DNA of 64,000 nt, taken from Candidatus Gallacutalibacter pullicola (GTDB lineage: Bacteria; Bacillota; Clostridia; Oscillospirales; Acutalibacteraceae). A program made the position numbers and the translations under genes. The DNA is taken from NCBI GenBank assembly GCA_018712265.1, contig DVHF01000080.1, positions 855 to 64,854 of the forward strand, read 5' to 3'. Of this stretch, positions 62,760 to 64,000 are shown in pieces; the first letter of the stretch is position 1, and every line of letters starts with the position of its first letter. The notes under the pieces are model-generated. The model worked only from the letters and a program-made list of their open reading frames with translations, had not been told where the DNA came from and ran no database searches.

Positions 62760-62930
62760 TTTCCGATTCCTCCATTTCAAAATTCCGGGACACAAAATTC
62801 ATTACCTATCATATTACAAAAAAAATCGAAGAAAATCAATGAAACACGACCCAAAACAGCAGAAAAATATTGCGCCGATCCGCCGCTCCTTTTGTGAAAA
62901 AAACACCGGAGCGGGAGCTGACAGCGCCCG

Positions 62931-62971
62931 GATAGAAAAATCCCCCCGAAAGCGATCCGGCCTTCGGGGGG
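62931..62971 (-). terminator. rho-independent terminator
   Basis: Stem CCCCCCGAA pairs with TTCGGGGGG, followed on the minus strand by ATTTTTCTATC. Confidence 0.7.
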
Positions 62972-62997
62972 GCAGTCCAGCCTGCCGGAACCGCGGT

Positions 62998-63534
62998 TCA
63001 GACGGTAATGGCATCGGCGTCCTTTTCGTTTTTCGATTTGAGCGCAGCGGCGGTCTGATCGCGGATCACCTTGCGGCGCACCGTTTGGATCCGGAAGCGG
63101 TTGTACCGCTGGATGACAGCGAACGGCAGATTCCCCAGCAGGATCAGGAACGCGAACAGCAGCCCCTGAAGCAGCGGGTTGATCAGGAAAATCACCACAG
63201 CGCAGAGGCAGTTTGACAAGTGCATCCACTCTCCGCGGCACGTCTCCAGAATAAACTGATCGAGATATTCCAGCGAAACATCGGTGAAATGCTCCTTGGA
63301 AAAGCCGCCCTTGCCGATATGCTGCGGCAGATGATCCTTCCACAGGTTGATTTTCAGCTTATCCTTGTACCAGCGTCCGCCCTTTTCCCAGGAAAGCGGC
63401 TGGTAACGGCTTTTGGAGGCGTCAAAGGTGGACGGCGGCAGCTTCACACAGGCAATAAATACCACAATATGCCATGCCGCAACGATCATAACGTCCCACA
63501 GAAGCGTATCCAGTGAAGGCAGTTCCTTAAACAT
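62998..63534 (-). CDS. membrane protein resembling glycosyl-4,4'-diaponeurosporenoate acyltransferase (CrtO-like family)
   Basis: 178 aa. Contains an ETCRGEWMH motif and a C-terminal NLPFAVIQRYNRFR motif. Confidence 0.55.
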   Translation of the reverse strand: MFKELPSLDTLLWDVMIVAAWHIVVFIACVKLPPSTFDASKSRYQPLSWEKGGRWYKDKLKINLWKDHLPQHIGKGGFSKEHFTDVSLEYLDQFILETCRGEWMHLSNCLCAVVIFLINPLLQGLLFAFLILLGNLPFAVIQRYNRFRIQTVRRKVIRDQTAAALKSKNEKDADAITV

Positions 63535-63594
63535 TCAAATATTCCCCTCTCATTCAATATCGGTCAAAATCAAGTCCGGACAGGAAATGACGGA

Positions 63595-64000
63595 TCATCC
63601 GCCCTGCACAGCTTTTCGGACACATCCCCGTGCCTTGAGATCACCCTCAAAATCCGGGATATAGTTTTTCACATTCTCCCGGATACGGCAGAGAAGCTGA
63701 TAGAGCAGAGAGACATCCTTTTCGGAGAAATCCCCAAAGATCTGCGTGAGATAATCAGAGAGGATACCCCTGGCCTGGCCAAAACGGAGACAGCCCAGCT
63801 CCGTAGCAGCGATCCAAAGCACCCGGCTGTCGTCCGGATCTGGACGGCGGATCACCAATCCAAGCTTTTCCATCCGTTTGACGGTAACAGAAGCGGTGGG
63901 GTTCTTCACGTGGAGACGCTGCGCAAGCTCGTGCAGCTTCATTTCCCCGCATCCGCACAGGATGGACAGGTAACTGTACTGCGCCGGATTTACCCCCGTT
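63595..64000 (-). CDS. MarR family transcriptional regulator (5' end outside the window)
   Basis: Contains LHELAQRLHVKNPTASVTVKRMEKLGLVIRRPDPDDSRV (wHTH). The reading frame is open to the window edge. Confidence 0.75.
   Translation of the reverse strand, partial: TGVNPAQYSYLSILCGCGEMKLHELAQRLHVKNPTASVTVKRMEKLGLVIRRPDPDDSRVLWIAATELGCLRFGQARGILSDYLTQIFGDFSEKDVSLLYQLLCRIRENVKNYIPDFEGDLKARGCVRKAVQGG

Overview
This is a 64-kb chromosomal window from a high-GC (roughly 58-60%) Firmicutes/Clostridia-like genome. That placement is inferred from gene content only: yabM-mazG-yabO synteny, split transketolase, type III glutamine synthetase, and BMP- and FtsX-type ABC systems. There are about 50 genes, and the large majority are on the minus strand.

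The main accessory feature is a type I-E CRISPR-Cas locus. It comprises cas3-cse1-cse2-cas7e-cas5e-cas6e (14272 to 6814, minus strand), a 226-bp AT-rich leader, and a 50-repeat/49-spacer array (6587 to 3569). No cas1-cas2 is present anywhere in the window.

The remaining genes are:
- recG
- a MacB/FtsX-type ABC operon containing a 751-aa surface protein
- two OmpR/histidine-kinase pairs
- a BMP nucleoside-type ABC operon with a PNP/MTAP-family phosphorylase
- an iron/B12-type ABC operon coupled to nfo and an alkylation-repair gene
- an alpha-L-fucosidase with an enolase-superfamily gene
- a type III glutamine synthetase and pepT
- several regulators (HxlR, DeoR, LysR, two MarR)

The most unusual signal is non-genic: three families of dispersed intergenic repeats.
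1. A 0.5-0.6 kb palindromic, gene-free family has 4 copies. Its hairpins show compensatory base changes, and its centre looks like a bidirectional terminator.
2. A TIR-bounded 250-340 bp family sits upstream of both response-regulator genes and carries outward-facing TGnTATAAT boxes.
3. A MITE-like element of about 160 bp brackets eamA.

Several gene remnants (EEP, vWA, AraC, glycosidase) indicate local decay.

All family calls come from motif recognition by eye. No database search was possible.
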